Below are positions 20,691-32,391 of a DNA stretch of 64,000 nucleotides, piece after piece. The notes beneath the pieces were generated by a model, which was not told the origin of the DNA, did not search any database, and saw nothing but the letters and a program-made list of their open reading frames with translations. The position numbers were made by a program, and so were the translations under genes. Location: the NCBI GenBank assembly GCA_003281605.1, contig QCBM01000005.1, positions 19,791-83,790 of the forward strand. Direction: 5' to 3'. Positions within the stretch are counted from its first letter, which is position 1; every line of letters starts with the position of its first letter. The DNA comes from Prochlorococcus sp. AG-347-I06. GTDB taxonomy: Bacteria; Cyanobacteriota; Cyanobacteriia; PCC-6307; Cyanobiaceae.

Positions 20691-21854
20691 ATGGAAAATA
20701 AGGAAAATAATATAAAAAAGCCAGGTTTTAAGACCTTATCCATTCACCATGGGGAAACATTTGCAGAAAACACTGGATGCGTTATGCCTCCTATTTTTTC
20801 TACATCTACTTTTAAACATGGAAATAAAGATAATTTCGACTACACCAGATCAGGCAATCCAAACTTTAGAATTCTAGAAAACGTCCTTAAATCAATTGAA
20901 GATTCTAAATACTGTACAGTTTTTGGATCTGGGATTAGCGCGGTAACTGCAATTTCATCAACACTAAAATCAGGTGACAAGATACTCTGCGAGTCAAATC
21001 TCTATGGTTGTACAGTAAGGATGTTTGAAAAAGTTTTCAAGAAATTTGGACTAGAAGTTTTATACACAGATTTTACAAACGAAAATAATATCAAAAAGAT
21101 TTCAAACTTCGAGCCAACCTTGATATGGCTAGAAAGTCCAACTAATCCACTTTTGAAGGTACTTGATATTAAGGCGATTTGTAATGAAGCGAAAAAACTA
21201 CAAATCCCAGTAGTAGTAGACAACACCTTTTCTACGGCACTTATTCAAAAACCATTGGACCTTGGTGCAACACTATCTCTAGTAAGCACAACAAAATTCA
21301 TCAATGGACATAGTGATGCACTTGGTGGAGCAGTACTGACAAATAATGAGGTATGGAATAGTAAGATACTTTTCTCTCAAAAAGCTCTAGGGCTTCAACC
21401 ATCTCCTTTTGATAGTTGGCTCATTACGAGAGGAGTAAAAACTCTTCCTTTAAGAATCGAACAACAAACGCAAAGTGCAAAATTAATTTCTGAAGAATTA
21501 GGGAATCAGAAAATAATTAGTAAAGTAATTTACCCTTTTAATCAAGAACATCCGCAATTTAATTTAGCAAAATCGCAAATGAAATCTGGAGGTTCAATGA
21601 TCACCCTAAAATTAAATTTAAATAAAGAGGATACCTTTAAATTTTGCAAATCTCTCAAATATTTCTCTCTAGCAGAAAGCCTTGGAGGAGTTGAAAGTTT
21701 AATTTGTCACCCTGCAACGATGACTCATGCTTCTGTTGATGACAAAACAAAAAATCTGCTAGGGATTGATGATGCTCTTGTGAGATTATCAATTGGATGT
21801 GAAGATACAAACGATTTAATCTCGGACATTTTATTTGCTTTAAATAAATTCTGA
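20691..21854 (+). CDS. metB: Cystathionine gamma-synthase/beta-lyase family PLP enzyme
   Basis: YTRSGNP, ESPTNP, VDNTF, STTKFINGHSD and SLGGVESL; exact specificity uncertain. Confidence 0.8.
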   Translation: MENKENNIKKPGFKTLSIHHGETFAENTGCVMPPIFSTSTFKHGNKDNFDYTRSGNPNFRILENVLKSIEDSKYCTVFGSGISAVTAISSTLKSGDKILCESNLYGCTVRMFEKVFKKFGLEVLYTDFTNENNIKKISNFEPTLIWLESPTNPLLKVLDIKAICNEAKKLQIPVVVDNTFSTALIQKPLDLGATLSLVSTTKFINGHSDALGGAVLTNNEVWNSKILFSQKALGLQPSPFDSWLITRGVKTLPLRIEQQTQSAKLISEELGNQKIISKVIYPFNQEHPQFNLAKSQMKSGGSMITLKLNLNKEDTFKFCKSLKYFSLAESLGGVESLICHPATMTHASVDDKTKNLLGIDDALVRLSIGCEDTNDLISDILFALNKF

Positions 21855-21857
21855 AAA

Positions 21858-23327
21858 TTGAGAGATTTACTTAAAAAACCTATATGGAAAAATTTAGAGT
21901 TGGGATATGCAATTCCTGATAGTATTCATGCCGTTTCCGTAGCATTACCAACTTGGAATGATGTAATAAATTACGAGGAAAAAGATCAAGAGTGCATGAA
22001 TTTATTGAAGTCCATTTACCCAAGATTCGGGCTAAATCCCATAGTGAAAAGATTATGCGAAAAAGTAAAAAAGGAAAATTACTACAACAATAAAAGTATC
22101 TGGCCATATCCGAATGAAAGCATAGCTTTTAAAGCTAAAAAATACATTGATAGAAATACTTCTGAACAATTCTCATTAATAGAAAAAAGAGGTAATTTAG
22201 CTTTCTTAATAACTGAAAAAGAAGGAAGTATTTATGCAAAATATTTTTGGCAACATACTGGTCTTGGTCTATCTTCAAGAGCTGCCGCTATAGAACTAGG
22301 TCTTGAAGATTGCCCTCCAAAATCTTATGTAAATGAATGTTCTCAAAGAATAAAAAATAGAATTTCTAAATCTACAAAAATTAACTCTAATGATATTCAC
22401 TTAACTTCATCTGGAATGTCTGCATTGCATACATCATTAGAAATCATATATAAATTATTTCCAGCTAAACCAACACTCCAAGTTGGTTTTCCATATGTAG
22501 ATGTACTTAAATTACCAATGAAAATCTTTCACGGAGCACAGTTAATTACAGAAGAAAATTGCGCGGATATTGAATTAGAAATCAAAAGAATAAATCCATC
22601 AGCATTAATTATTGAACTTCCAAGTAATCCAATGCTCAAATGTGTAAACATTAAAAAAATTTCAAAAATTGCAAAAAAATTAAATATTCCCTTAATTGTT
22701 GACGATACAATTGGTTCAAATTTAAATATAAATTCCATAGAACATGCAGATATAGTTTTTACTTCACTTACAAAAATTTTTTCAGGTAGTGGTGATATTC
22801 TTGCCGGATCATTAATACTAAATCCAAAAAGCAAATGGGTTGATCAATTTAGAAATGCATTAAACGAGATTAATCTTCCAATACTTTCCGATGGAGATAC
22901 AGTTTATCTAGAGAAAGTTAGTAGAGATGTAAATCTAAGAGTTTTTGAACAAAATAAAGCATGTTTAGAATTAAAAAAAAGATTAGAGACCCATAGCGAG
23001 ATTAAAAATATTTTCCATCCTGAAAATTGTCCAAATTTTAATTCTTTACTTACTTCTGATGGAGGATACGGCTGCTTATTATCATTTGAATTTAAGGGAG
23101 GATTGAAAAAAGCTAAGAAATTTTATGATTCTCTACAAGTATCTAAAGGACCTAGTTTAGGTACAAAATTTACTCTGGTTTGTCCTTATGTTTTACTAGC
23201 TCATTATGACGAGTTGGATTGGGCTGAAAGTTTTGGTATACCCTCGCACCTCATTAGAGTATCAGTTGGATTAGAAGACCAAGATCAATTATGGAAAAGC
23301 TTTTCTGAAGCACTAAATAATTTCTAA
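21858..23327 (+). CDS. Cystathionine gamma-synthase-like PLP enzyme (long form)
   Basis: HAVSVALPTW, GYPRF-like YPRFG, SLTKIFSG and GPSLGT motifs. Confidence 0.8.
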   Translation: MRDLLKKPIWKNLELGYAIPDSIHAVSVALPTWNDVINYEEKDQECMNLLKSIYPRFGLNPIVKRLCEKVKKENYYNNKSIWPYPNESIAFKAKKYIDRNTSEQFSLIEKRGNLAFLITEKEGSIYAKYFWQHTGLGLSSRAAAIELGLEDCPPKSYVNECSQRIKNRISKSTKINSNDIHLTSSGMSALHTSLEIIYKLFPAKPTLQVGFPYVDVLKLPMKIFHGAQLITEENCADIELEIKRINPSALIIELPSNPMLKCVNIKKISKIAKKLNIPLIVDDTIGSNLNINSIEHADIVFTSLTKIFSGSGDILAGSLILNPKSKWVDQFRNALNEINLPILSDGDTVYLEKVSRDVNLRVFEQNKACLELKKRLETHSEIKNIFHPENCPNFNSLLTSDGGYGCLLSFEFKGGLKKAKKFYDSLQVSKGPSLGTKFTLVCPYVLLAHYDELDWAESFGIPSHLIRVSVGLEDQDQLWKSFSEALNNF

Positions 23328-23412
23328 ATTTCTAGTATTTACCGTATAGAAACTTTTATACTCTTTTTTTGAATAATAGTTAGAATTGATATATATTTTC
23401 TCAATAATATAA

Positions 23413-24399
23413 ATGGCAAAAATTTATGAGGACAACAGTTTTGCTATTGGAAACACTCCATTAGTAAAATTAAAATCAGTTACTAAAAACGCGAAAGCTA
23501 CAGTACTTGCAAAAATTGAAGGTAGAAACCCAGCTTACAGTGTCAAATGTAGGATTGGCGCAAACATGATCTGGGATGCAGAGAAAAGTGGAAAGCTTAC
23601 AAAAGACAAAACCATTGTTGAGCCAACTTCTGGAAATACAGGAATTGCTCTAGCTTTTACTGCTTCAGCAAGAGGTTATAAACTGATCCTTACAATGCCA
23701 GAATCCATGTCAATTGAAAGAAGAAGGGTTATGGCAGTGTTGGGTGCTGAAATTGTTTTAACAGAGGCATCTAAAGGTATGCCTGGAGCAATAGCTAAGG
23801 CTAAAGAAATTGCAGATAGTAATCCTTCTCAATATTTCATGCCAGGTCAATTTGATAATCCAGCAAACCCTGAAATTCATTTCAAAACTACTGGACCAGA
23901 AATCTGGGATGATTGCGATGGCGAAATTGATGTCCTTGTTGCAGGGGTTGGAACTGGCGGCACAATTACAGGAGTTTCAAGATACATTAAGCAAGAGAAA
24001 GGCAAGAATATTACTTCTGTAGCTGTAGAACCATCACACAGTCCTGTTATTACACAGACAATGAATGGGGAAGAGGTTAAATCCGGACCACATAAAATCC
24101 AAGGAATTGGAGCAGGATTTATTCCAAAGAACCTTGACTTATCAATTGTTGATAAGGTCGAACAAGTAACAAATGACGAATCAATTGAGATGGCTCTTAG
24201 GTTAGCTAAAGAGGAAGGTCTATTAGTAGGAATATCTTGTGGGGCTGCCGCTGCTGCTGCTGTTAGATTAGCTGAACAAGATGAATATGCTGGGAAGACA
24301 ATTGTAGTTGTTCTACCTGATTTAGCAGAGAGGTATTTATCGTCAATTATGTTTACTGAAGTTCCAAGCGGAATCATTCAAGAACCAGTCAAAGCCTAA
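23413..24399 (+). CDS. cysK: Cysteine synthase A
   Basis: [24 protein letters not shown] and [10 protein letters not shown] motifs. Confidence 0.97.
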   Translation: MAKIYEDNSFAIGNTPLVKLKSVTKNAKATVLAKIEGRNPAYSVKCRIGANMIWDAEKSGKLTKDKTIVEPTSGNTGIALAFTASARGYKLILTMPESMSIERRRVMAVLGAEIVLTEASKGMPGAIAKAKEIADSNPSQYFMPGQFDNPANPEIHFKTTGPEIWDDCDGEIDVLVAGVGTGGTITGVSRYIKQEKGKNITSVAVEPSHSPVITQTMNGEEVKSGPHKIQGIGAGFIPKNLDLSIVDKVEQVTNDESIEMALRLAKEEGLLVGISCGAAAAAAVRLAEQDEYAGKTIVVVLPDLAERYLSSIMFTEVPSGIIQEPVKA

Positions 24400-24401
24400 A
24401 T

Positions 24402-25526
24402 CTATTCTTTCTCCAGTATTGAATCTGGTGAAATATACATCGCATCGCCATAAGAGAAGAATCTAAATTTTTCTTTTATGGCTTTTTTATACAGATCTAA
24501 TAATCTTTCTCTACCAATCATTGCACTTACTAAAAGTAATAATGAACTTTTAGGGAGATGAAAATTAGTTAATAATCCATCAACCACTTTAAATTTATAA
24601 CCTGGCTTAATTACTAAATCTACATATTTAGCTATGGGAATAAAGTCATTAATTTCATGAGAATAACAACTTTCAAGAGCTCTTACGCTAGTTGTACCAA
24701 TAGCAATTATTTTTCTATCTGTTTTCTTTATTCTTTTTATTTCCTCCACTACTTCCTTATTAACACTTACCCATTCTTTATGAAGTTTTAAGTTACTTAA
24801 ATCTTCTTGATCAATTGGTTTGAATGTTCCATAACCCACGTGCAAAGTTATCGGTAAGATTATTACGCCTTTTTTTTTTAGATTGGAAATAAGACTTTTG
24901 CTTAAGTGTAAACCAGCTGTTGGTGCAGCAACTGCCCCCGGATTTGTTGCATACTCAGTTTGATAACTTTCATCATGAAAAGATTCTTCTTCGGAATTTT
25001 TTATATAAGGAGGAAGAGGGATTTCCCCGTATTTATCAAGAAGTTCATTCATTGAATTGAGACAAGTTATATTTTCCGGAAATTTAATAAATCTCCCTCC
25101 AGTTTCTTCATCAACTCCATCAACAATCAAATTAATATCTTGTGCTAATGGAGATTTTAATTTTAATTTTCTATTTATTTTTAACTTTTTTGCTGGCTTT
25201 GCCAAACATAACCAAACGCATTCATGGGATCTTTCTAAAACTAATAATTCGACTAATGTCTTATTTTCTAATTCAACCTTTAACCTAGCTTTCATTACCT
25301 TAGTATTGTTAACTACTACAAGATCGCCTTCTCTAAATTCATCTAAAAGATTCTTGGTAAATTTATTAGTTAAACAGTCTTCTTCTAAAACACTATTTCT
25401 AACTATCATCAATCTTGATTCATGTCTAATTGCAGAAGGTTTACTAGCAATTAATGAAGGATCAAGTAAATAATCATAAGATTCAAGCCTATAATCTCTT
25501 TCTTCTTTATTAATTTGAGAAATCAA
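24402..25526 (-). CDS. queA: S-adenosylmethionine:tRNA ribosyltransferase-isomerase
   Basis: PLPPYI, AAPTAGLH, LHVGYGTF, TNFHLPKSS and FFSYGDAM motifs. Confidence 0.97.
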   Translation of the reverse strand: MISQINKEERDYRLESYDYLLDPSLIASKPSAIRHESRLMIVRNSVLEEDCLTNKFTKNLLDEFREGDLVVVNNTKVMKARLKVELENKTLVELLVLERSHECVWLCLAKPAKKLKINRKLKLKSPLAQDINLIVDGVDEETGGRFIKFPENITCLNSMNELLDKYGEIPLPPYIKNSEEESFHDESYQTEYATNPGAVAAPTAGLHLSKSLISNLKKKGVIILPITLHVGYGTFKPIDQEDLSNLKLHKEWVSVNKEVVEEIKRIKKTDRKIIAIGTTSVRALESCYSHEINDFIPIAKYVDLVIKPGYKFKVVDGLLTNFHLPKSSLLLLVSAMIGRERLLDLYKKAIKEKFRFFSYGDAMYISPDSILEKE

Positions 25527-25532
25527 TTAAAT

Positions 25533-26900
25533 TTATGATACAAGTGTCTCTGGCTCATTTTCAATCAGGTTAGCCAAGTCTTTCAAGAATGAAGCACCAT
25601 CAGCTCCATAGATCACTCTGTGATCAGCTGTAAGATTTACCTGCATTATTTTTTTCACAGATATTGAACCATCACTATTAGCTACAACAGTTGGTTTCGA
25701 TGATGCTATCGCTAAGATCGCACCGGTCCCTGGGGGGAGTATTGCGTCAAATCTATCAACACCAAACATACCAAGGTTAGATAAGGTAAATGTTCCCGTT
25801 GAGTATTCTTCTGGTTCTAATTGTTTTGATCTCGATCTTTTTACGAGATCTTTCCATTCCCTAGATAATTCAAATAAATCAGTATTGCATGGTTCTTTTA
25901 ATACTGGAGTTATTAGTCCCCCATCTTCCATTGCAACAGCAACAGCAATATTTATATTTTCTGGATAAGAAATTCCATTTTCTGAAAATCTTGAGTTAAC
26001 TTGAGGATGTTTCTTTAGTGTCTTTGCAACTGCCTTTACAAGTAAAGCAGTCATAGTAACACCGTTCTGTTTTACCTTTTTGTAGAAATTATCCAATTTA
26101 TCTGTATTGATAGAGTAACCTACCCTAAAACATGGAACATCTAAACTAGATTCCATATTTTTATTTACCGCTTTTTGAAGAGTATTAAATTGAACTGTTT
26201 CTCCAGGATTACCAAAACTATTTCCTGAAGTTTCTGGTTTACTTTCAACTCCCAAATTTTCACCAGGAATACTTGCAGGAGAACCACCTTCTCCTATCCA
26301 TGGTATAGAAACAGGTTGGCCATTAGCTTTTAAAATATCATCGGCTTGAATCCTTCCGTGTGGGCCAGATCCATGAACCTTTGCTAAATCAACCCCCATT
26401 TGAGAGGCTAGTTTTTTAGCTCTTGGCGATGCAACTATTCTCGAAGAAGCATTACTTGTTGCGGCATTAATTTGATCGACATTAAAAGATGGGACAGGCT
26501 TTTCACTCTTTAAGACGACTTCTTCAGCTTCTTTATTGATATTTTCAGTCTGGGCTACTGTTTTTTCTTCAGTTTTATTGCTTACCAATTCAAGTTGGTC
26601 TGAACTAGAGACTTCGGGTTGATTTCCTTTATTTTGTTCTTGGACAGAAGCTATCTCATCCTCATTTTCTACAATGAGACCGATAGTTTCTCCAACAGGT
26701 GCAGTGCTGCCGGCAGGCATTAAAACTGCTGCAAGATATCCATCTTGAAAAGATTCAACATCCATATCTGCCTTATCAGATTCAACAACCAAGACAGATT
26801 CTCCTCTTTCAACCTTATCTCCTGGATTTTTCAACCATTCCACAATCTTGCCCTCCGTCATAGTAGAACTCAAGGCAGGCATGAATATTTCGTGAGACAT
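25533..26900 (-). CDS. pdhC: Pyruvate dehydrogenase E2 dihydrolipoamide acetyltransferase
   Basis: Lipoyl domain ESDKADM, ASPRAKKLA and DHRVIYG motifs. Confidence 0.97.
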   Translation of the reverse strand: MSHEIFMPALSSTMTEGKIVEWLKNPGDKVERGESVLVVESDKADMDVESFQDGYLAAVLMPAGSTAPVGETIGLIVENEDEIASVQEQNKGNQPEVSSSDQLELVSNKTEEKTVAQTENINKEAEEVVLKSEKPVPSFNVDQINAATSNASSRIVASPRAKKLASQMGVDLAKVHGSGPHGRIQADDILKANGQPVSIPWIGEGGSPASIPGENLGVESKPETSGNSFGNPGETVQFNTLQKAVNKNMESSLDVPCFRVGYSINTDKLDNFYKKVKQNGVTMTALLVKAVAKTLKKHPQVNSRFSENGISYPENINIAVAVAMEDGGLITPVLKEPCNTDLFELSREWKDLVKRSRSKQLEPEEYSTGTFTLSNLGMFGVDRFDAILPPGTGAILAIASSKPTVVANSDGSISVKKIMQVNLTADHRVIYGADGASFLKDLANLIENEPETLVS

Positions 26901-27120
26901 AGGAAATTAGTTATAGCAATGGTTTTCAAGGACTATCTACCAAAGTGTCTTTTATTTATGAGGTAAGACGCCTTTTAAACACTTGTTATTATTATACGAA
27001 ATCATGTTCTCAGTGAAAACTCTTAAAACTTAAGAAAGTAATAATTTAGATCGATTAGAATTTAAAACTTTTCGCCAATTCAAATTTACTTATTTTTATC
27101 AAAAATACTATATCTTCTCT

Positions 27121-27564
27121 TTAATTATTATCTATAGATTGAATAACTCCATCTTTAACCGTAATCGAGACTTGCATTTTTTCAATAAGATTGTCTCCCA
27201 CAGTGACATCACAGAAACTATCCACTTGCCCTTGATCAACAATTTCGTCCATTTTTAATTCGCGAACTTGACTCTGTTGTTGAAGAAGATTTCTTTTTTG
27301 TTCTTCAATTTCATTTCTTTTTGCTGCGACTTGTTGTTGCACCTGACTAACCTGTTCTTGAACTCTTGGATCTAGAGGATTAACCGATTGGGATCTAATA
27401 TTATTTACTATTTGCTGCCCCTCCTGCTCAAGTTGAGATAATTGCTGGTCAATGTTTGAAATTGCTTTACTTAATTCTTTTTCAGCATCTTCCTTCCAAG
27501 TTGGTGTAACTACAGCTTTAATAGCTATTGAGCGCTTTATAGATATTGAGTTTTTTGTTTCCAT
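27121..27564 (-). CDS. YlqD family protein
   Basis: KAVVTPTWKE, coiled coil, VGDNL...KDGVI. Confidence 0.85.
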   Translation of the reverse strand: METKNSISIKRSIAIKAVVTPTWKEDAEKELSKAISNIDQQLSQLEQEGQQIVNNIRSQSVNPLDPRVQEQVSQVQQQVAAKRNEIEEQKRNLLQQQSQVRELKMDEIVDQGQVDSFCDVTVGDNLIEKMQVSITVKDGVIQSIDNN

Positions 27565-27602
27565 AAAAAATTAAATTACCTTTTCAATATATATAGAACA
27601 AA

Positions 27603-29546
27603 TCAAATTTTCTTACTAAATTTGTTTTCATACATATTTTCTATTTGTAACGCATACTTTTTTTCTATTTCTTTTCTTTTTTGTTTAAGAGTTTGTGTTA
27701 ACAAGCCATTTTCTAGAGTAAAGGCATCAACAAAATAACAATCTAATATTTGTTCTTCTGATCTTGCTCCTAATCGACTTTTAAGCAAATTATTAATTTG
27801 TGATTTGAAAAATGAACAAATATTCTTATTCAGGTTTAATTTTGAAAGATCTTCTTCCAAAAACTTGCTTTTAACCAATTCGACATTAGGAACTACAAGG
27901 GCCGTTAAAAATTTCTTATCTTGTCCTACTAGTTGAATCTGATTAATAAATTCAGAACTAAGAATTTCAGTCTCTAGCGGATTCGGTTCTATATTTTCAC
28001 CACTTGATAGCACTATTGTATCCTTGGCTCTTCCTGTTATAAAGAGAGAGCCATTTGGTATTAGAAAACCTAAATCACCAGTATCAAACCACCCATCCTT
28101 GGATAAAACATCATTTGTAGCTATTTCATTATTAAGATAACCTTTCATTACTTGCGGCCCCCTAACAAGAATTTTCCCGACTTCTCTGAACTTCAGAATC
28201 TTTTTTTTATCGTCATTCACTATTTTGATTTCAGTAAATGAAAGAGGCTGCCCAGATGATCCTCTAACATTTAATTCTCTTCTCCTACAAGTTAATACTG
28301 GACTAGTTTCTGTGAGTCCATATCCCACCAAAACATCTACACCTAAAGATTCAAAAAAAAGATCTACATGTTCTGGCAATGCACCTCCACCGTTAATGGG
28401 AAATTTCAGTTTTTCTCCGCATAGTTGTCTAAGAATATTCGGCCATAAAAAAATAGTAGACAATTTATGTAAAGGATATCGGCTAATAACAGAACCCAGT
28501 AAGGGAATTTTTGATTTAAAAGTTATTTGATTTATATCTATATTTCTTATCTTTCTAAGACTTCTTTTGAAAACCGAACTATTGCTTATTAAAAACTTAA
28601 TAAGTTTTTGCTTTTTGGAAGGCATTTTTTTCAACGCCTGAAAAAAACCATCATGTATTGCTTCCCATAGTCTTGGTACAGTAGCCATGACAACTGGTTT
28701 TACTTGTGTAATATCATCTTTAAGAAATTTTGGAATTGTATAATATTGAGAACAACCACATGAAAAAAAGAAGTATTCAGCACTCCTCTCATAAGAATGC
28801 CAGATAGGCAAAACGCTTAATACAGAAGTCCCTGGTTCTGGATCAGCGATATAGGCTAAATTGATTATCTGATGTAAAAAATTTGCATGAGTCAAAGGCA
28901 CACCTTTAGGTTTTCCTGTTGTCCCAGAAGTGTAAAGAATAGTAGCGACGTCATCTATTTCTGGATTAAATTTTTCAAGATTATTATTTTGTGAATTTTC
29001 TTTTTCTGCTGAACTTATAAATTTACTCCAACTTATGAAACTTTCAAATTGTTCATCTTCTAAATTGATTATAAATTTCAGTCTTTTTTTTAATTCTTCT
29101 TTGTTGTTTAACTTTAGCCAAATCTCCTTAGATTGAACTATTAGACCTACTGAATTAGAGTGCTCAATAATATAGTCTAATTCTATTGAAGGAGAATTAA
29201 TACCTCTCACTGCATTTATAGCTCCTAGACGCATTAAGCCTTGATCAACTACTAGCCATCTTGGAGAATTTTCAGATATTACAGTAACTACATCCCCCTT
29301 TGCTAAACCATAATTTTTAAAAGAAAAAGAGACTTTTGTTATTAAATCAGCCAGCTCAGAATAAGAGAATTTTTCTTTGTATTTCCCTCTTAAATCGCAA
29401 ACAGCTAAAGTATCACCACACTTAAATTTTAATTTTTCCCAAATTTGATCTATATGATTAAGGTTCTTAATAAAATCTCTATTTTTAGCAAATTTATCTT
29501 TTTTAGAAAGAAGTTTGGCTGAAGGCCAGTATGCTAAATCACCCAT
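27603..29546 (-). CDS. Long-chain acyl-CoA/acyl-ACP synthetase
   Basis: YTSGTTGKPKG, GYGLTET, DTGDLG and GENIEP motifs. Confidence 0.93.
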   Translation of the reverse strand: MGDLAYWPSAKLLSKKDKFAKNRDFIKNLNHIDQIWEKLKFKCGDTLAVCDLRGKYKEKFSYSELADLITKVSFSFKNYGLAKGDVVTVISENSPRWLVVDQGLMRLGAINAVRGINSPSIELDYIIEHSNSVGLIVQSKEIWLKLNNKEELKKRLKFIINLEDEQFESFISWSKFISSAEKENSQNNNLEKFNPEIDDVATILYTSGTTGKPKGVPLTHANFLHQIINLAYIADPEPGTSVLSVLPIWHSYERSAEYFFFSCGCSQYYTIPKFLKDDITQVKPVVMATVPRLWEAIHDGFFQALKKMPSKKQKLIKFLISNSSVFKRSLRKIRNIDINQITFKSKIPLLGSVISRYPLHKLSTIFLWPNILRQLCGEKLKFPINGGGALPEHVDLFFESLGVDVLVGYGLTETSPVLTCRRRELNVRGSSGQPLSFTEIKIVNDDKKKILKFREVGKILVRGPQVMKGYLNNEIATNDVLSKDGWFDTGDLGFLIPNGSLFITGRAKDTIVLSSGENIEPNPLETEILSSEFINQIQLVGQDKKFLTALVVPNVELVKSKFLEEDLSKLNLNKNICSFFKSQINNLLKSRLGARSEEQILDCYFVDAFTLENGLLTQTLKQKRKEIEKKYALQIENMYENKFSKKI

Positions 29547-29573
29547 ATTAAATTTATTTTGAAATTTTAATTT

Positions 29574-30224
29574 CTATTGTGATACAAAATCAAAATTAAA
29601 TTCTTCCTGAATGATTTTTTTAACAATTCTCTTGACTTCTTTAATATTTATATTTTTGTTGTAATCAATCATATTTGCCATAAGACAATTTTCTATCCCG
29701 CAAGGAACAATTTTATTAAAGTTTTCTAATTCGCAATCAATATTGATTGAAAATCCATTTATTGTTATCCATCTTTTACAACCAATTCCAATTGAAGCAA
29801 TTTTCTTATTTCCTATCCAAACACCAGTGAAACCCTCTCTTGAATGACAGTTTATATTAAAAGTTCCAAGAATTTTTATAATAATTTCTTCAATTTTTCT
29901 CAAATACCAATTTAAATCTTTATTAAAATTTTTCAAATCTAAAACCAAGTAAGTTACTAATTGTCCAGGCATATGACAAGTAACCTCACCACCTCTATTA
30001 ATCTTAAAAAGATCATATTTATCATCATCCAAAGAAAATAGTAAATTATCGTAATTAGATCCTCTACCTAACGTGTAACAAAGTTGATGCTCCCCTATCC
30101 AAATAAAGTCAGGGTTAGAATTGTCTAAAATCAATGCCTCCTGATATTCTTTTTGTAATTTATAAACATCATTAAAAGAAGAAATATTATCAGGTTGTTT
30201 AATTATTGCTGTTCTATTTTCCAT
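29574..30224 (-). CDS. lipB: Octanoyltransferase
   Basis: [21 protein letters not shown] and IVPCG motifs. Confidence 0.95.
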   Translation of the reverse strand: MENRTAIIKQPDNISSFNDVYKLQKEYQEALILDNSNPDFIWIGEHQLCYTLGRGSNYDNLLFSLDDDKYDLFKINRGGEVTCHMPGQLVTYLVLDLKNFNKDLNWYLRKIEEIIIKILGTFNINCHSREGFTGVWIGNKKIASIGIGCKRWITINGFSINIDCELENFNKIVPCGIENCLMANMIDYNKNINIKEVKRIVKKIIQEEFNFDFVSQ

Positions 30225-30268
30225 ATTTAAGTAGATTTAGAAAGTAAGTAAATATTTTTATATTTGTT

Positions 30269-30853
30269 ATGAAAATTTTAATCCATGGAAAGAATCTTGA
30301 GCTCACTGGAGCATTAAAAGAATATACTGAGGCAAAGATAGAAAAAGCAACACATCACTATAAGGATATCGTTAAAGAAGCTGACATACACCTTTCAATT
30401 GAAAAGAACCCAAGAGTGTCGTTCCAAACTGCAGAAGTTACTATTTTTGCAAATGGTACCGTGATTAGAGCTGAAGAAAAAACTGAAAATCTATACTCAA
30501 GCATTGATTTAGTTTCAAATAAACTTTGTAGAAAATTACGTAAGTATAAAGAAAGAAACAATAAAACAATTCATAATAAACAATTTAAAAATAAAGATTT
30601 TTTACCAATTGAAAGTATGGAATCAAGTTTTTTAGATAAAGCTTTATTTGAAGAAGGAACTGAAGCAAGTCTGCCTGAACCATCCATTAAAAATAAATAC
30701 TTTGAAATGACTCCAATTTCATCAGAAGAAGCAAGAAAACAATTAGATCTAATTGATCATGATTTTTATGTTTTTCGAAATAAAAAAAATAATGAACTTC
30801 AAGTTATATATAAAAGGAATCATGGAGGTTATGGACTGATTCAATCTAAATAA
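30269..30853 (+). CDS. hpf: Ribosome hibernation promoting factor (LrtA)
   Basis: IHGKNLELT, LYSSIDLV and HDFYVF motifs. Confidence 0.95.
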   Translation: MKILIHGKNLELTGALKEYTEAKIEKATHHYKDIVKEADIHLSIEKNPRVSFQTAEVTIFANGTVIRAEEKTENLYSSIDLVSNKLCRKLRKYKERNNKTIHNKQFKNKDFLPIESMESSFLDKALFEEGTEASLPEPSIKNKYFEMTPISSEEARKQLDLIDHDFYVFRNKKNNELQVIYKRNHGGYGLIQSK

Positions 30854-30860
30854 GTTTTAA

Positions 30861-31520
30861 ATGCCCAATATTGAATATGAATTAAACGAGAAAATTCATG
30901 CGATAATTATTAACCCTTATCTATCCTGGGAAGATTTCTGTGTGAATTGCGATTTGATAAGAAAATACAATATCAAAAATATTTCTACTTCACTGAATTA
31001 TTTAACTGATCTTAAAAACTGTTTGGGTAATTACAGTGCGGATATAAACGCACTAATTTCTTACCCTTTAGCAGATTTACCAGTCTCATTTATTGAAGAA
31101 TTAGTTTGTTTTGCAAAAGATAAGGGTGCAAAAGGAATTGAATATATCCCAAACTTTATAAATTTATCCAAAAGAAATTTAGAAACTTTCGCTACTGAAA
31201 TTGACCAGGTTAAATTATCTGGATTACCAGTTTCAATAATCATAAATAAATCAAAACTAAAAGAAGAAGTTTTTATTAATGCGATAGAAATATGTTTGGA
31301 ATTAGGAATAAAAAATTTTCAATTCGGCGACGGGTTTGGGTCTCCTCTTACATCAAATGATGTTTCCGAAATACTAAAAATAACAGGATCACAAAATCAA
31401 ATCAAAGTTGTAGGTGGTATAAAAAATCTGACGCAAGTAATTGATTTATTTGATAATGGAATTAGTTGCGTGGGTACTTCCAATTTTTGTGAAATTTTTG
31501 AAGAAGTAAACGTTATTTAA
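30861..31520 (+). CDS. deoC: Deoxyribose-phosphate aldolase
   Basis: TIM-barrel DeoC-like pattern (YPL, GFG, KVVGGIK, VGTS); conserved position between hpf and recO. Confidence 0.8.
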   Translation: MPNIEYELNEKIHAIIINPYLSWEDFCVNCDLIRKYNIKNISTSLNYLTDLKNCLGNYSADINALISYPLADLPVSFIEELVCFAKDKGAKGIEYIPNFINLSKRNLETFATEIDQVKLSGLPVSIIINKSKLKEEVFINAIEICLELGIKNFQFGDGFGSPLTSNDVSEILKITGSQNQIKVVGGIKNLTQVIDLFDNGISCVGTSNFCEIFEEVNVI

Positions 31521-32306
31521 ATGTCTGGTTCTGGTGAGTGCAGACTAAAAGGTCTCTGTATTAAAGCTTCTCCATTAGGCGAGAATGATAGATTAATAAC
31601 TATCCTTACCGATGAGCAAGGGATTGTTAGATTAGCGGTACCTGGTGCTAGGCGTCCTAAAAGTAGTCTTGCCGCAGCTACTCCTTTAACATATTTAAGT
31701 CTGCAGATTTTTAGGAAAAGAAATCTTAAATCTGTACGTCAAATTAAAATATTAAAAAGCTATTCTGGCCTAGGTAAAAATATTGAATGTCTTGCAGCCG
31801 CACAAGCAATAACTGAATTAACATTTTTATTAGTAGGTAATAATGACAAGCAACAAGACTATTTATCTTGCGTTCTTGCACATCTTGATAGGATTTATTT
31901 ATATAAGGAGTCTCAAGAAGAAGATATTAAAATGCTCTCGATGAGTATTCAATCTTTAATCCATCTATTAGCCATCGGGGGTATTAATTTACCAATTCAT
32001 CATTGTTGTAAAACTGGAGAACCTATTATTCCACCTTTAGGAAATTGGGAATGGAGTTGTTATTATTTGCCAAGTGAAGGGTTTTCATCCATAGAAGATC
32101 CTCAAAGTAACCTAAAAATAAATGCATCTGAAGTTGCTCTATTACAGAGACTTCTTTTCCCAGAATTACCAATCAAATCTAATGGAGAGTTGTTGGGTCC
32201 CAAAAAAGTCTGGCTTAAAATATTATTCATTATTGAGACATGGATCTCTACTCAATTAGAGAAAGATCTATCTTCACTAAAAATGTTGAGAGAAATATAT
32301 AGTTAG
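31521..32306 (+). CDS. recO: DNA repair protein RecO
   Basis: LGENDRLITILT...AVPGARRPKS. Confidence 0.93.
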   Translation: MSGSGECRLKGLCIKASPLGENDRLITILTDEQGIVRLAVPGARRPKSSLAAATPLTYLSLQIFRKRNLKSVRQIKILKSYSGLGKNIECLAAAQAITELTFLLVGNNDKQQDYLSCVLAHLDRIYLYKESQEEDIKMLSMSIQSLIHLLAIGGINLPIHHCCKTGEPIIPPLGNWEWSCYYLPSEGFSSIEDPQSNLKINASEVALLQRLLFPELPIKSNGELLGPKKVWLKILFIIETWISTQLEKDLSSLKMLREIYS

Positions 32307-32391
32307 CATTTTCATGAAGCATTAAAAAATTTAAAAAATATGATCATGGCGCCTTTGCCTGTTAACTTTATAAATAGTTAATTCAATTAAT